Virus record (IMG/VR): IMGVR_UViG_3300047551_002099
Location: 15,811-79,810 of that record
Reading direction: 5' to 3' (one strand)
From: a virus
Length of the DNA: 64,000 nucleotides
In this document: piece by piece, positions 1 through 9,280 of the stretch
Position numbering within the stretch: the first letter of the stretch is position 1
Layout of the letters: every line of letters begins with the position of its first letter
Made by a program: the position numbers and the translations under genes
The notes under the pieces: generated by a model
The model's input: the letters and a program-made list of their open reading frames with translations, nothing else
What the model was told of the DNA's origin: nothing
Database searches by the model: none

Positions 1-1
1 A

Positions 2-193
2 CCCGGTGTTTACATGCGCGTCAGCCCCATGAGCGCACCCCCGGCACCTCCCGGACGGGTAATGCAAATGGGTGATGCCTTCTTACCCTTTGCTATCTAT
101 CCCCACTGGATTTGTCTGCTGGATGTTTGTGAGCCTGATGAACTCAAAACCAAGATCATCCTACAAGCTGACCTGAACTATGGAACGTTCTAG
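2..193 (+). CDS. 3' end of probable major capsid protein (truncated by window edge)
   Basis: Open frame from nt 2: PGVYMRVSPMSAPPAPPGRVMQMGDAFLPFAIYPHWICLLDV...QADLNYGTF*. Resembles the C-terminus of lambda gpE-type capsid proteins and lies at the start of a structural gene block. Confidence 0.55.
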   Translation, partial: PGVYMRVSPMSAPPAPPGRVMQMGDAFLPFAIYPHWICLLDVCEPDELKTKIILQADLNYGTF

Positions 194-320
194 ACCACCG
201 GTGTCTATACTTGTTCACTCCTCTGATAAGGTTATTGACTTGAAGAACGAGAAGATTAAGCAGGAACAACCGAATACGCTTCGCTTTCTTCAGTCAAACC
301 TTTCTTATGGAACTTTTTAA
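180..320 (+). CDS. 46-aa ORF ending in a duplicate of the capsid C-terminus (possible remnant)
   Basis: ATG at 180, TAA at 318-320. Ends FLQSNLSYGTF*, versus ILQADLNYGTF* for the upstream ORF. Confidence 0.35.
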   Translation: MERSRPPVSILVHSSDKVIDLKNEKIKQEQPNTLRFLQSNLSYGTF

Positions 321-351
321 CCATCATCTGATTAAGGACGGCAATAAATAA

Positions 352-1398
352 ATGGCTACAGTACCTTTAACTGGAACTCCTGGATTTCGTTTTTTATGGC
401 ACCTCTACCCGAGTGCCCGTAGTGGCGGTCTTAGCTACTACCCCTATTACAGCACCGTAGAGCAAGGTCTGGCTCCTAGCTGGACTCCTCCGGTTGCTTC
501 TGGTTTGACCACGGCTCCTACTTCCTATACGGTTGCAATTTCGGCTGGTCGTGCCTACCTGGACGGTGAAATCGCTGTCTTGACCGCTGGTCAAAACGTC
601 GTGGTTAACCCTGGTGATCCTCTGTTTGCTCCCCCGGTTAACGGCGTTAACGACTACCCTATTTACCTGAGCCCCACCCGGATTCTTCAACCCGTGGTTA
701 AAGGTGACACTCCTCCGACGACTTATCTGAACGGAGCTGCTATCACCGCTGGTGCCCAGTACGCTGAATGTATTGATTTCGGTGAGTACCTTGGAGCTAC
801 TGATTTCTATCAATATAACGGGACTACCTGGGCTAAATACGACCCCACCTTCGCAGCTCCGATGTTACCTGCTCAGGCTGGTAAGAACCGGATTTACGGT
901 GGTGGTATGGTTCCTTCTGTTGGAGCTAACAACCTAACGGTTCGGGCTCAAGAGAAACGAATCTACATCGAGAACAAGTACCCCCCGTACACCAACTCTA
1001 ACTCCAAAGCACTTCTCCGGGATGGCTGTTCCTTGGAGTTGGCTAATGTTTCTCTGTACTACTTCGTTCTTCCCCTCAGCATTAAAGTTGCCACAACGGC
1101 TAGCTCTGCTACCATTACGACTGACGCTGCTACGGCTGCCGTACTGGCTGATATGGTTGCTGCAGCTGGTAGTGTTGGCGCTCTTGCGGTCAAACTTACT
1201 GGACCTTCTGGGTTCTTCACCGGCGGTGGAGCTTCTTCTAACATTACTGCTATTAGTGGTACTAACATCACTACAGCTGCTACAGTAGTAGCTAACAACG
1301 CTGAAGTTACTCTGACCATCGAGCCCCAAACGGCTGGCCGTATCTACCTTCTAGCCCCTGCTAAATCTGCGTTGTTGGTAAACAGCATCCCCGTCTAG
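352..1398 (+). CDS. virion structural protein (head decoration/minor capsid candidate)
   Basis: 348 aa, Ala/Thr/Gly-rich, strongly biased codon use like the sheath gene, AAGGA upstream, directly follows the capsid gene. Confidence 0.5.
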   Translation: MATVPLTGTPGFRFLWHLYPSARSGGLSYYPYYSTVEQGLAPSWTPPVASGLTTAPTSYTVAISAGRAYLDGEIAVLTAGQNVVVNPGDPLFAPPVNGVNDYPIYLSPTRILQPVVKGDTPPTTYLNGAAITAGAQYAECIDFGEYLGATDFYQYNGTTWAKYDPTFAAPMLPAQAGKNRIYGGGMVPSVGANNLTVRAQEKRIYIENKYPPYTNSNSKALLRDGCSLELANVSLYYFVLPLSIKVATTASSATITTDAATAAVLADMVAAAGSVGALAVKLTGPSGFFTGGGASSNITAISGTNITTAATVVANNAEVTLTIEPQTAGRIYLLAPAKSALLVNSIPV

Positions 1399-1410
1399 AT
1401 TTAACTTCCA

Positions 1411-2013
1411 ATGCCTAAGCAAATCTTAGCTGTCGCGCCTGTCAATCTTAGAATTGCCGGGCGCGTTTATTCAATTGAAGCTGGCAAAACTCTACCTGTG
1501 TCTGACGACGAAGCCTCTATGATTTTTGCCAGTCCCAGCTCTAGCAAGTTTAAACTTGTAGGTGACTTTATGTCAGAAACTCCAATTAGCATTCATAACG
1601 CGGGTCTTCCTGCGTACACCCCACCTAAAACCGTAGCCCCAGACTTGGCCGCCCACAAAGATTGGGCGACGCCGTTTGTCCCTGGAACTGTTCTTGACCC
1701 AATCCTTTCCCCGGTAGCCCAACCGGTTCAAGCTGGTGAGGATTTTTTCGACGCGGTAATGGACACGGCGAGTGTTTCATTACCGCTGCCGGCCCAACAG
1801 GATACGGATTATCCTGAAGCTTCTATCGACGTTGCTCCAGAACGAACTTCAATTACTCCTGACACCCACTGGTCAAAAGTTAAGGTTCATCTTTCCTTAC
1901 TAGAGAAGGAAGAGCCAATCAACTACACGGCTGTCCAGGAAATCAAATTGATGTTCCCTAAATCTGTATCTATCCAAGCTCAGTGCGACCGTATTTTAGC
2001 CACCCAAGGATAA
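1411..2013 (+). CDS. hypothetical protein (head module)
   Basis: 200-aa ORF in tight operon. Confidence 0.6.
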   Translation: MPKQILAVAPVNLRIAGRVYSIEAGKTLPVSDDEASMIFASPSSSKFKLVGDFMSETPISIHNAGLPAYTPPKTVAPDLAAHKDWATPFVPGTVLDPILSPVAQPVQAGEDFFDAVMDTASVSLPLPAQQDTDYPEASIDVAPERTSITPDTHWSKVKVHLSLLEKEEPINYTAVQEIKLMFPKSVSIQAQCDRILATQG

Positions 2014-2023
2014 AGGACTGACC

Positions 2024-3793
2024 ATGGCGACCACCTTTAACTTTGAAGACCGCTTTTCCTACCCCCAACCCAACGGGATTAGCCCTGGTGTTGATGCTGA
2101 AACTGCCCAAACTTTGGCAGACGATGAAATCGAGCAGGAGTCCCCAGAGTTAAAGAGTATGGCAGCTATGGTTCGTCAATACTCGGTGCTACTAAAGCGA
2201 AAGCGCACCCTAGATATTTTTAATGTTATTACTCAGCAGACAGACCCACGCTGCGCGTTAATTCTTTCGGCAGCGCGCCGACGCAACACTAATCTTCCGC
2301 TTTTCAAAGGGATTAACGAAGTCCGGCAGGTCATGTTCAATGATGATGCTCGTAATCCTGACCCCAACCGTCCCTTAGACCAGACGTTGAACAACCGGTT
2401 GTTCAGTGACGGGGTTCGTAGGGCTAGTGCAGCGCTTGCAGCGTCTATTTTAATGGCAGAACTACCTGAAATTCAGCGGGAGTATGCTGCAAAAGTTGAA
2501 GAACAGGCAATTGCTGACTTAGACCGGATTATTGCTACATATGAAATTCAATCCCAGTTGCCCTCTACAGATAAAACATCTGAGCCGGCACCAATTGCTT
2601 TCTACTTTGAGCCGCTAGACTTTGAAATAGACCCGGCCTTGGAATTAGCCGTTGAGTGGTACTCCCCGTCTATTGTTAATAACTGGACAGCTGTACAGAC
2701 CTATACAGGTAAGACATCAACTTGGCATATTGTCAGCGACTTAGCTGACTCAATGAATATGTACACCAGCCAGGATGTCGATAAAGCATTGCTTGCTTCT
2801 GCTGACCTGTCTGGACCTTTACTAGGTTCTTCTTACTATCACACCTTATCTTTCTACCCCCGCAAGCCTATCAACGGGGTGCTGGGTTACTCTATTAACG
2901 TCAAGATTGAACTTCGACCGACTGGGTCCCCCCAAGAGCCCCCGATTGTGATGGGTGGGGCTACAGCTAACGAAGCAGAAGATATTTACGGGTTGTCCCC
3001 ATTTAAGTGGGGCCCTTACCCCAGTTCTATCGACACTTATCCTATCAACGGTAAGATTATCGTCCTGTACTTTGGTAAGTCGGCTGCCTTGACCCCACAG
3101 GAGCTAAACGATGCCTACATACCCACAGTACTTTACTTCCGTAATAAGATTCATTACACCGGGCAACCGACAGCTCTGCTTGACCCAGATGACCCGCTAA
3201 GCCCCCCAGACCCTGCTAGTATTATAGAACCGCTTCAGCAGGCAACTCTCCGTTTTCGAGTTCAGCCGTGGCATCCTAATATAGCCGCGATCGATAACCA
3301 ACCTGTTGAAGTCAGTGTTCCTTTTGAGCGGCTTTTAAGCGACGGCACAATAAGCCAAGTTGATCTAGATAACAGCCGGTATTCCCAAATCGCGGTTCAG
3401 CTACTATACGAAATGTCTTATATCGACTTGTCTACTAAAGCAACTGGGTGTATCGTTCGTAATGACCCTGTAGAGCAAGCACAGCCACTATCTGGACTAG
3501 AGTTAGTAGCGTGGGGGATTAGCAAGTCAGTATCTCACATTGTCTTGGACGTTTTAGAAATACCCCCGGATTTAGAAATGGCAACAGGTGATTTAACTGG
3601 CCCGAAAACCTCTTTTAGCTCCAATCCCCGCTCCCTGCGGGTGAAGGTTCAGAACGAGGCATTTGCAACAAACCCTCTTCTTGAAGCTGCCGCTACGCGG
3701 GAGCCTATTGGAGTTGTCCCCAAAGCAAATACCAAAGTATGGCGAGCCATCTTAGAGGAATCTAGCTCTGTAGAAGATTCCCGGTACTACTAA
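2024..3793 (+). CDS. putative head-tail connector/neck structural protein
   Basis: 589 aa, AAGGA RBS, lies between head genes and tail sheath. Function is inferred from position only. Confidence 0.4.
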   Translation: MATTFNFEDRFSYPQPNGISPGVDAETAQTLADDEIEQESPELKSMAAMVRQYSVLLKRKRTLDIFNVITQQTDPRCALILSAARRRNTNLPLFKGINEVRQVMFNDDARNPDPNRPLDQTLNNRLFSDGVRRASAALAASILMAELPEIQREYAAKVEEQAIADLDRIIATYEIQSQLPSTDKTSEPAPIAFYFEPLDFEIDPALELAVEWYSPSIVNNWTAVQTYTGKTSTWHIVSDLADSMNMYTSQDVDKALLASADLSGPLLGSSYYHTLSFYPRKPINGVLGYSINVKIELRPTGSPQEPPIVMGGATANEAEDIYGLSPFKWGPYPSSIDTYPINGKIIVLYFGKSAALTPQELNDAYIPTVLYFRNKIHYTGQPTALLDPDDPLSPPDPASIIEPLQQATLRFRVQPWHPNIAAIDNQPVEVSVPFERLLSDGTISQVDLDNSRYSQIAVQLLYEMSYIDLSTKATGCIVRNDPVEQAQPLSGLELVAWGISKSVSHIVLDVLEIPPDLEMATGDLTGPKTSFSSNPRSLRVKVQNEAFATNPLLEAAATREPIGVVPKANTKVWRAILEESSSVEDSRYY

Positions 3794-4656
3794 TGGATTT
3801 TATCTTTCCAACGGAACGACAGGCTGTCAGGGCCTTACTTAACGCTATTGCTAACCACCGTGACGTTAAGAACGCCCCTGTTTACTTTCCTGTTTTGGTT
3901 GGAGAACGTAACGCCCCACAAAAAGTCCCTGTCGTAAGTTTTAGAACCTTTGGTGGCACTGAGTACATTGAAGATGGGGTGACCTTAGCAGTCTATCCCG
4001 TGACTAGCGGTATGGGCCTGGGTAATGCGTTGACCTATCGGGATAACGTTTTAGGGAACGTTGTAGACCCTAACTATAACGTTAAAGCAAAGCTTAAACT
4101 CGTAGTGCAGTTATTTTACCGGGAAACAACCTATAACGCCCCGTTAAAGCTGTACTCTGACGCGTCTTCCTTAACTAAAGACATTGTTAAACTGTTGCCC
4201 TACGGTCGATTGATTAAGTTTAAAGAAGATGGCTTGGACTCAGCTCCTTTAGCTGACCAGTTACCCTTAGACCGGTTCGTGACTGAAAATACTATTGAAG
4301 TTAACGTCCTACCCGGCGAAGAAGTTCTTCGAGATTGGATGGCTATTCTAAGGGGCGTGATCCGGGACTTACCAGTGTTGTATCCCTTCGCTATGAGAAA
4401 TCCTAATATTACATTAGTGGAGTACCAAACAAGTAACTGGTTAAAGCCCGAAATTCAAAATCTAGTTTTTCACTCAGCCTACATGGTAGTCGAATACGAC
4501 TTGTTTGAACCGGCGCGGACTCCCGACTACCGCCTACCGTCTATTGGAGAGAACTTATTTGTTGAAAACGACCCTGTCGTACCGCCGGAAATCCCACCTG
4601 TTCCTTTGTACAGCCCGCCTTTAGCTGACCCACCTTCAACCATAGATGTTATATAG
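3793..4656 (+). CDS. putative tail completion/terminator protein
   Basis: 287 aa, TAATG translational coupling, immediately upstream of the sheath gene. Positional inference. Confidence 0.35.
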   Translation: MDFIFPTERQAVRALLNAIANHRDVKNAPVYFPVLVGERNAPQKVPVVSFRTFGGTEYIEDGVTLAVYPVTSGMGLGNALTYRDNVLGNVVDPNYNVKAKLKLVVQLFYRETTYNAPLKLYSDASSLTKDIVKLLPYGRLIKFKEDGLDSAPLADQLPLDRFVTENTIEVNVLPGEEVLRDWMAILRGVIRDLPVLYPFAMRNPNITLVEYQTSNWLKPEIQNLVFHSAYMVVEYDLFEPARTPDYRLPSIGENLFVENDPVVPPEIPPVPLYSPPLADPPSTIDVI

Positions 4657-4761
4657 TTTCTTTCTTTGTTGGAACTAATAGTCTATTTGTAAGGTAGTCA
4701 TTACGAATATTACGGTTGCCGTACAGAACAGGCTTTATGTGTTTGTAGTATAGGTAAAAAG

Positions 4762-7700
4762 ATGGTAGATTACTCATTTCCGAACATTTCCTTCAACTCT
4801 AAGGTTATTGGCCCCGCACCTGTTAACCCCGGCTGGCGCGATAAATATGCCATTATCGGTGAGTTTGACCGTGGCCCTGTTGTACCTGTTCAGTCTGCAG
4901 ACCGGTCTGTTTTAGCTTCCCTCTACGGGGAAGATACCAGCTCTGGTTCTATTGCACTGCAGCAGGCGATGCGCCAAGGTGCTACAAACGCTGTTGTAGC
5001 CCGTGTCGTACCCAATAGCCTTCCCTCCCAACTCTATTTTGAGATTGCTGGCGACAGCCTTTTTGTTCAACCCTCGACGGGTTACGAAAGCGCAATCGCC
5101 AACACCAACGTATTAGATACGTTTAATTACACCACCGGTTTCAAGTTCACTCTGGATTACATCGGTGAACCTAACTTTGTTAGAACTGCTTATGGCGACA
5201 TCAGCAGCCGTAACCGCCCCATCGACCACCCCACCTTCAACGGTCGGGCTCAGATGAACTACATGGTTACGCGTGTACAGTCTGCCGACGCTGCCCAACG
5301 AGTTGTTTACGAAGATAGCAACGAGGTTCTTGAAGTTACTCTTCACAACAGCAGCCGCGACGACTACCAACTCGTTACTTTCGAAGAAGGTAACAACGTT
5401 TACGTTGAGCAATACCTAAAGCCCGGCTTTACCCTGCGCTCTTCCACTAGCGCTCAACAAGAAGGTCTTGTGATCGCTTGTGAACCCTACGAATATAGTG
5501 AAGGGGTAAAAGCTGTTCTGGTTAAAGGTCACTACAGCCCGGCTAACGCTTACAGCGGCGCTGTTGTTACAACCAGCGGGCTTTACAACGTTACGGTTAC
5601 TGACTTTAAGAAAGGGTCTAACGTAAACAGCCCCACCCTATCTATCCTGGCTCAATCGGTTGCCCTGGTTGGTGGCAGCGCCTATGAAGTTAGCGCCGCT
5701 GTTAACAACGGTGGGAACATTGATGTCACCTTAGCAACTAATGTAACCGGCAGCGCTAAAGAAGACGCTCCTGTTTCCTTTGTTCCTAAGGTCACCACTG
5801 TCACCTACGACTCGGTTGATAAAGTTACCGATATTACCTTGACTGGTGTCTTGGCTAACACGGACATCGCTGTTGGCAGCAAGCTAACCTTTAGTGCTAA
5901 AGATGCTTCTTACACTGTTTCGGCTATCAGCACTGCCTGGTCTTCCGGCACTGTTACTGTCGAAGTAGAAGGTGACGTTCGCGCTGGTGTCAAAGTCAAA
6001 GACTACGCTTTGGTAACGACCGCTGATTCCAACGAACAGTTAGACACCTTTAAAGTTCACTTCCCGTCTGTCACGCAGTATATTCTGGGTTACAGTCTCC
6101 GCTCCTTTGACAACAGCGCGCTGCAGTCCCGGTCTACTAGCCGCTCCTATCTGACGATTGGGTCGTCTGCTACTAAACCAGTTCGCTACTTCGATGGTTT
6201 TGTGAACTACGCTGTTGATGCTTGCCTAGTCTTCCAAGAAGGTGACGGTGGTGTTTATCATAAGATTCCTTACCTGACCGGTCTGAAGAACCTACAAGAA
6301 GCCCAGCTTCTTGAGCGGGAGTACTTTGGGCTTGAGCTTTACTTTGGTCGTCCCAATGACCGTAAAGTTTACCTAGCTGAAACCACCATCTTTAACATTC
6401 CGCTTGTTAAGAGTGAAGCGGTAATCGGCGGTGAAAGCGGCAGTGAAACGGCTTACCCGAAAGGAACCCTGGCAACAACGATTCTTCGTGACCTTGAGTA
6501 TGCTATCTACGGTGACCCGGCCATGGCGTCCATGGTTAAGGACATCAAAGTAGATATTACGCTGCTGCCCTTTAAGTTCAGCGGGGAAGCTTCTTTTGTT
6601 GGCGTTAAATCCAACCGCCTGCGCTGGAACTTGGAACGTTATGTTGCCGGCCCTAAAGCGGTTTACTCTTCTAAGTCTGGGGCTGTACTGACCTTTGACG
6701 CGGTGCCTGATATTATCCTGGGCAAAGAAGACGACTACAGCGTCATTATCGACGGTGTTGCCTACCCCCTGACCGCTGCGTCTTCTACTACAGTTACTGT
6801 AGACGTTGATGATCTAAGCGTCCTGGATATTCTATCCACTGGTGACGAACTGGAGTTCCGCTCCCAAGTTCAGACCAAAGATATCCTAATCCGTCGTCAG
6901 CCTGAAGTTGACTTCGACACTCTAGACTACGGGCTAGACAAGTTCTATCCCTTCATCAACGGTCGGGATACGGCTTCCCACGCCTACGCTGATTTCTACG
7001 CACTGAATGGTAAATCCCTGATTCGCGTCGTTGCTTTAAACCCTGGTATTTACGGCAACAACATTAAAGTCAGCATCGTCCCCGATGAAGTTACCGTTAA
7101 TAGCGCTAAGTTCTACCTACAAGTAGAAGACACCAACCCTGGTGTGATTCTTGGTGGGCCTAAAACTGAACTGTGGTACCTAGACAACCGGGAAATTGAC
7201 CCTGAAACTGGCGCTTACCTGTCGGTTAAGCAGTCGAACCTAGTTCGCGCTTACTTCCTACCTGTAATCGAGCCGGTTAACGTTAGCGACTTAATCAACA
7301 CGATTGATGAGTCTCTGTTCCAAGGGCTGCCTCTGCGGATTGCACCACCTTTAGAAGTCCAAGATTCGGCTTATGCCTCTGGTATCACCCGTGTCACTTC
7401 CCAAGGGGGCTCTTTCATCCGTAATGTTACCCTCTCTGGTGGAACTGAGTTTGTTGACCCTGCCCCTGACGCGGCTATCCGCGCTCGCCGGGATGGTTAC
7501 CTAGCTGCTCTCCGCTCTCTGGAAAAAGAAGATGTTGCTTGGATTGCTATCGCTGGCATCTACTACGGCGACAACGACTACCAAGAAGTCTTTGACGAGC
7601 TAAAAGCGCAGTGTGAACGCGCCACCACCTTGAACGGCCTCCGTCGCGGTGTTGTGAGCCTGGCTCCTAATGTGTCTCCCCGTCAAGCCTCTGTCCTCCG

Positions 7701-8358
7701 TGACCGGATTAACAGCGACAAGATTGTTCAAATTGCTGGTTCTATCCAAGGGGTTAACCTGAACGGTCAGATTTACCAAACTCAAGGCGCTACTGGCATC
7801 TACGTTGGTCTCCGCTGCGCCCGTCCGCCCCATATCTCTACCGCTTCTACCTACAGTGGTGGTTACGCCGAAAACGTAAGTTTCAGCAACATCAAATCTT
7901 CTCCTGATGTGTTAGACGCCTACACCCGCGGCGGTACGGAAGTGCTCTTCTACGATTCCGGTCTGAAGCTCTTTAAGTTCTTGAACGGGATTACCACCAG
8001 CCGCGACCCCAACAAGAAGTATGTATGTGTGCTTGAAGTTTGGGACCAAATGAAGCACGACCTTTACAACTACTTGCAGTACGTCCGGTCTGAGCCCAAC
8101 ACTCGCGACCTTCAAAAACGGGTTGCCTCTTCTGTAGATGCTTATCTACAACAGAAGTACCGCGACGACTGGTTCATGCGGATTGCTCCTACGATCTGTG
8201 GGCCTGCTAATAACACCGAAGCCGATATGATTCGTGGCAAGCTGTTTATCACGGTACGGGCTACGCCTACGTTCCCTGCTGACTTCATTGTCGTTAACGA
8301 CATTATGGATCTCAGCGAGACCTTCAGCTTTGAAACGCAGCCTATTAGTTCTTTCTAG
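4762..8358 (+). CDS. contractile tail sheath protein
   Basis: N-terminal AIIGEFDRGP, central ALNPGIYGNNIKVSI, TLSGG, and C-terminal ICGPANNTEADMIRGKLFITVRATPTFPADFI, all typical of sheath proteins. Confidence 0.92.
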   Translation: MVDYSFPNISFNSKVIGPAPVNPGWRDKYAIIGEFDRGPVVPVQSADRSVLASLYGEDTSSGSIALQQAMRQGATNAVVARVVPNSLPSQLYFEIAGDSLFVQPSTGYESAIANTNVLDTFNYTTGFKFTLDYIGEPNFVRTAYGDISSRNRPIDHPTFNGRAQMNYMVTRVQSADAAQRVVYEDSNEVLEVTLHNSSRDDYQLVTFEEGNNVYVEQYLKPGFTLRSSTSAQQEGLVIACEPYEYSEGVKAVLVKGHYSPANAYSGAVVTTSGLYNVTVTDFKKGSNVNSPTLSILAQSVALVGGSAYEVSAAVNNGGNIDVTLATNVTGSAKEDAPVSFVPKVTTVTYDSVDKVTDITLTGVLANTDIAVGSKLTFSAKDASYTVSAISTAWSSGTVTVEVEGDVRAGVKVKDYALVTTADSNEQLDTFKVHFPSVTQYILGYSLRSFDNSALQSRSTSRSYLTIGSSATKPVRYFDGFVNYAVDACLVFQEGDGGVYHKIPYLTGLKNLQEAQLLEREYFGLELYFGRPNDRKVYLAETTIFNIPLVKSEAVIGGESGSETAYPKGTLATTILRDLEYAIYGDPAMASMVKDIKVDITLLPFKFSGEASFVGVKSNRLRWNLERYVAGPKAVYSSKSGAVLTFDAVPDIILGKEDDYSVIIDGVAYPLTAASSTTVTVDVDDLSVLDILSTGDELEFRSQVQTKDILIRRQPEVDFDTLDYGLDKFYPFINGRDTASHAYADFYALNGKSLIRVVALNPGIYGNNIKVSIVPDEVTVNSAKFYLQVEDTNPGVILGGPKTELWYLDNREIDPETGAYLSVKQSNLVRAYFLPVIEPVNVSDLINTIDESLFQGLPLRIAPPLEVQDSAYASGITRVTSQGGSFIRNVTLSGGTEFVDPAPDAAIRARRDGYLAALRSLEKEDVAWIAIAGIYYGDNDYQEVFDELKAQCERATTLNGLRRGVVSLAPNVSPRQASVLRDRINSDKIVQIAGSIQGVNLNGQIYQTQGATGIYVGLRCARPPHISTASTYSGGYAENVSFSNIKSSPDVLDAYTRGGTEVLFYDSGLKLFKFLNGITTSRDPNKKYVCVLEVWDQMKHDLYNYLQYVRSEPNTRDLQKRVASSVDAYLQQKYRDDWFMRIAPTICGPANNTEADMIRGKLFITVRATPTFPADFIVVNDIMDLSETFSFETQPISSF

Positions 8359-8366
8359 ATAGATTG

Positions 8367-8393
8367 AGCCCGGTTAGTTAAGCTAGCCGGGCT
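8367..8393 (+). terminator. stem-loop between sheath and tube genes (no U-tract; attenuator or RNA-stabilising hairpin)
   Basis: AGCCCGGTTAGT-TAA-GCTAGCCGGGCT inverted repeat with G-U pairs. Confidence 0.55.
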
Positions 8394-8427
8394 GGTCTGA
8401 TAACCACTGCACGTATGGAGTAAGATT

Positions 8428-9189
8428 ATGGAATTTATCACTAGAGCCGCGGTAAACAACGCGATTTTAGACCCTCTTCAAGGTTTTGACTGTGATGTCT
8501 ACGTTCAAGACCAAGCCACTGGTAAACAGCTTATTATCGGGCGCTTCACCAGTTTTCAGTTCACGGTTCGTAATGCCACTGAGCCCTACATGGAGTTCAA
8601 CCAACGAGTAGCCCGTTTACTTGACGGTGAGTTCCAGTTTGGTTGGGTGCTAGAGCGCGGTTTAATTGACACCCGCTTTCTAGAAGATACCTTTGGTATA
8701 ATGTCCTTGTCCCGTGAGCAGCGGATTTCCCGTAGCCCCCGCTTCCAGATTACGGTTGAACTGAACGCCCCTGAACTGGCCAATCCTATTGATGGTAAAG
8801 CAACAGAAGGCGCTCAAGAGTTAATGGGCGGTGAAATTGTTGTTAACAACCGTGTGACCCGCGCTGCCACTGGTAAATATCGTCTGGTTTATGCCAAGAC
8901 TGATTCTTTTACCTTCGGCGCTATGGCTGGTCGGAATGTAATCGCTACCCGCTGGGAAGGTCTCTGTGAAGGGATTTACTACAGCAATCAAGCCGATATC
9001 TGGCCTGGTCAAACCCTTGGTAAAGGCGTTAGTGTTAACAGCAACTCGCCGACGAGTAAGACTATTCTTACTGGCCGGTCGCTGTCTGATACGCCTGGTA
9101 GTGCCAAAGGCCCTGAGTGGGATATTTGGGGATCTCAACTGGGCGAAGCAGCCTTACCTGACGGTGGCTCCAACGGTATTCCCGAATAA
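8428..9189 (+). CDS. tail tube protein
   Basis: Follows the sheath gene, GGAG RBS, beta-rich 253 aa with tube-like segments (IGRFTSFQFTVRN...EPYMEFNQR...GWVLERGLID). Confidence 0.75.
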   Translation: MEFITRAAVNNAILDPLQGFDCDVYVQDQATGKQLIIGRFTSFQFTVRNATEPYMEFNQRVARLLDGEFQFGWVLERGLIDTRFLEDTFGIMSLSREQRISRSPRFQITVELNAPELANPIDGKATEGAQELMGGEIVVNNRVTRAATGKYRLVYAKTDSFTFGAMAGRNVIATRWEGLCEGIYYSNQADIWPGQTLGKGVSVNSNSPTSKTILTGRSLSDTPGSAKGPEWDIWGSQLGEAALPDGGSNGIPE

Positions 9190-9193
9190 GTAG

Positions 9194-9208
9194 CACGAAC
9201 CGTTCGTG
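9194..9208. repeat. 15-bp palindrome CACGAAC-N-GTTCGTG, copy 1
   Basis: cacgaaccgttcgtg just after the tube stop codon. Same motif (other orientation) at 29476 and 62111. Confidence 0.85.
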
Positions 9209-9235
9209 TTTAGTTAAGCTGTACAACCCTTTTGG

Positions 9236-9266
9236 AAAGCACTCTATACTAGTTATAGAGTGCTTT
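9236..9266 (+). terminator. intrinsic terminator-like hairpin after the tail tube gene
   Basis: Perfect 13-bp stem AAAGCACTCTATA-CTAGT-TATAGAGTGCTTT. Confidence 0.7.
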
Positions 9267-9280
9267 GAACTAATTTACTA

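Noticed and set aside
9194-9208. Gram-positive LexA (Cheo) box
   Set aside because: That box has a 4-nt spacer (CGAAC-N4-GTTCG); here the spacer is 1 nt and the host appears cyanobacterial.
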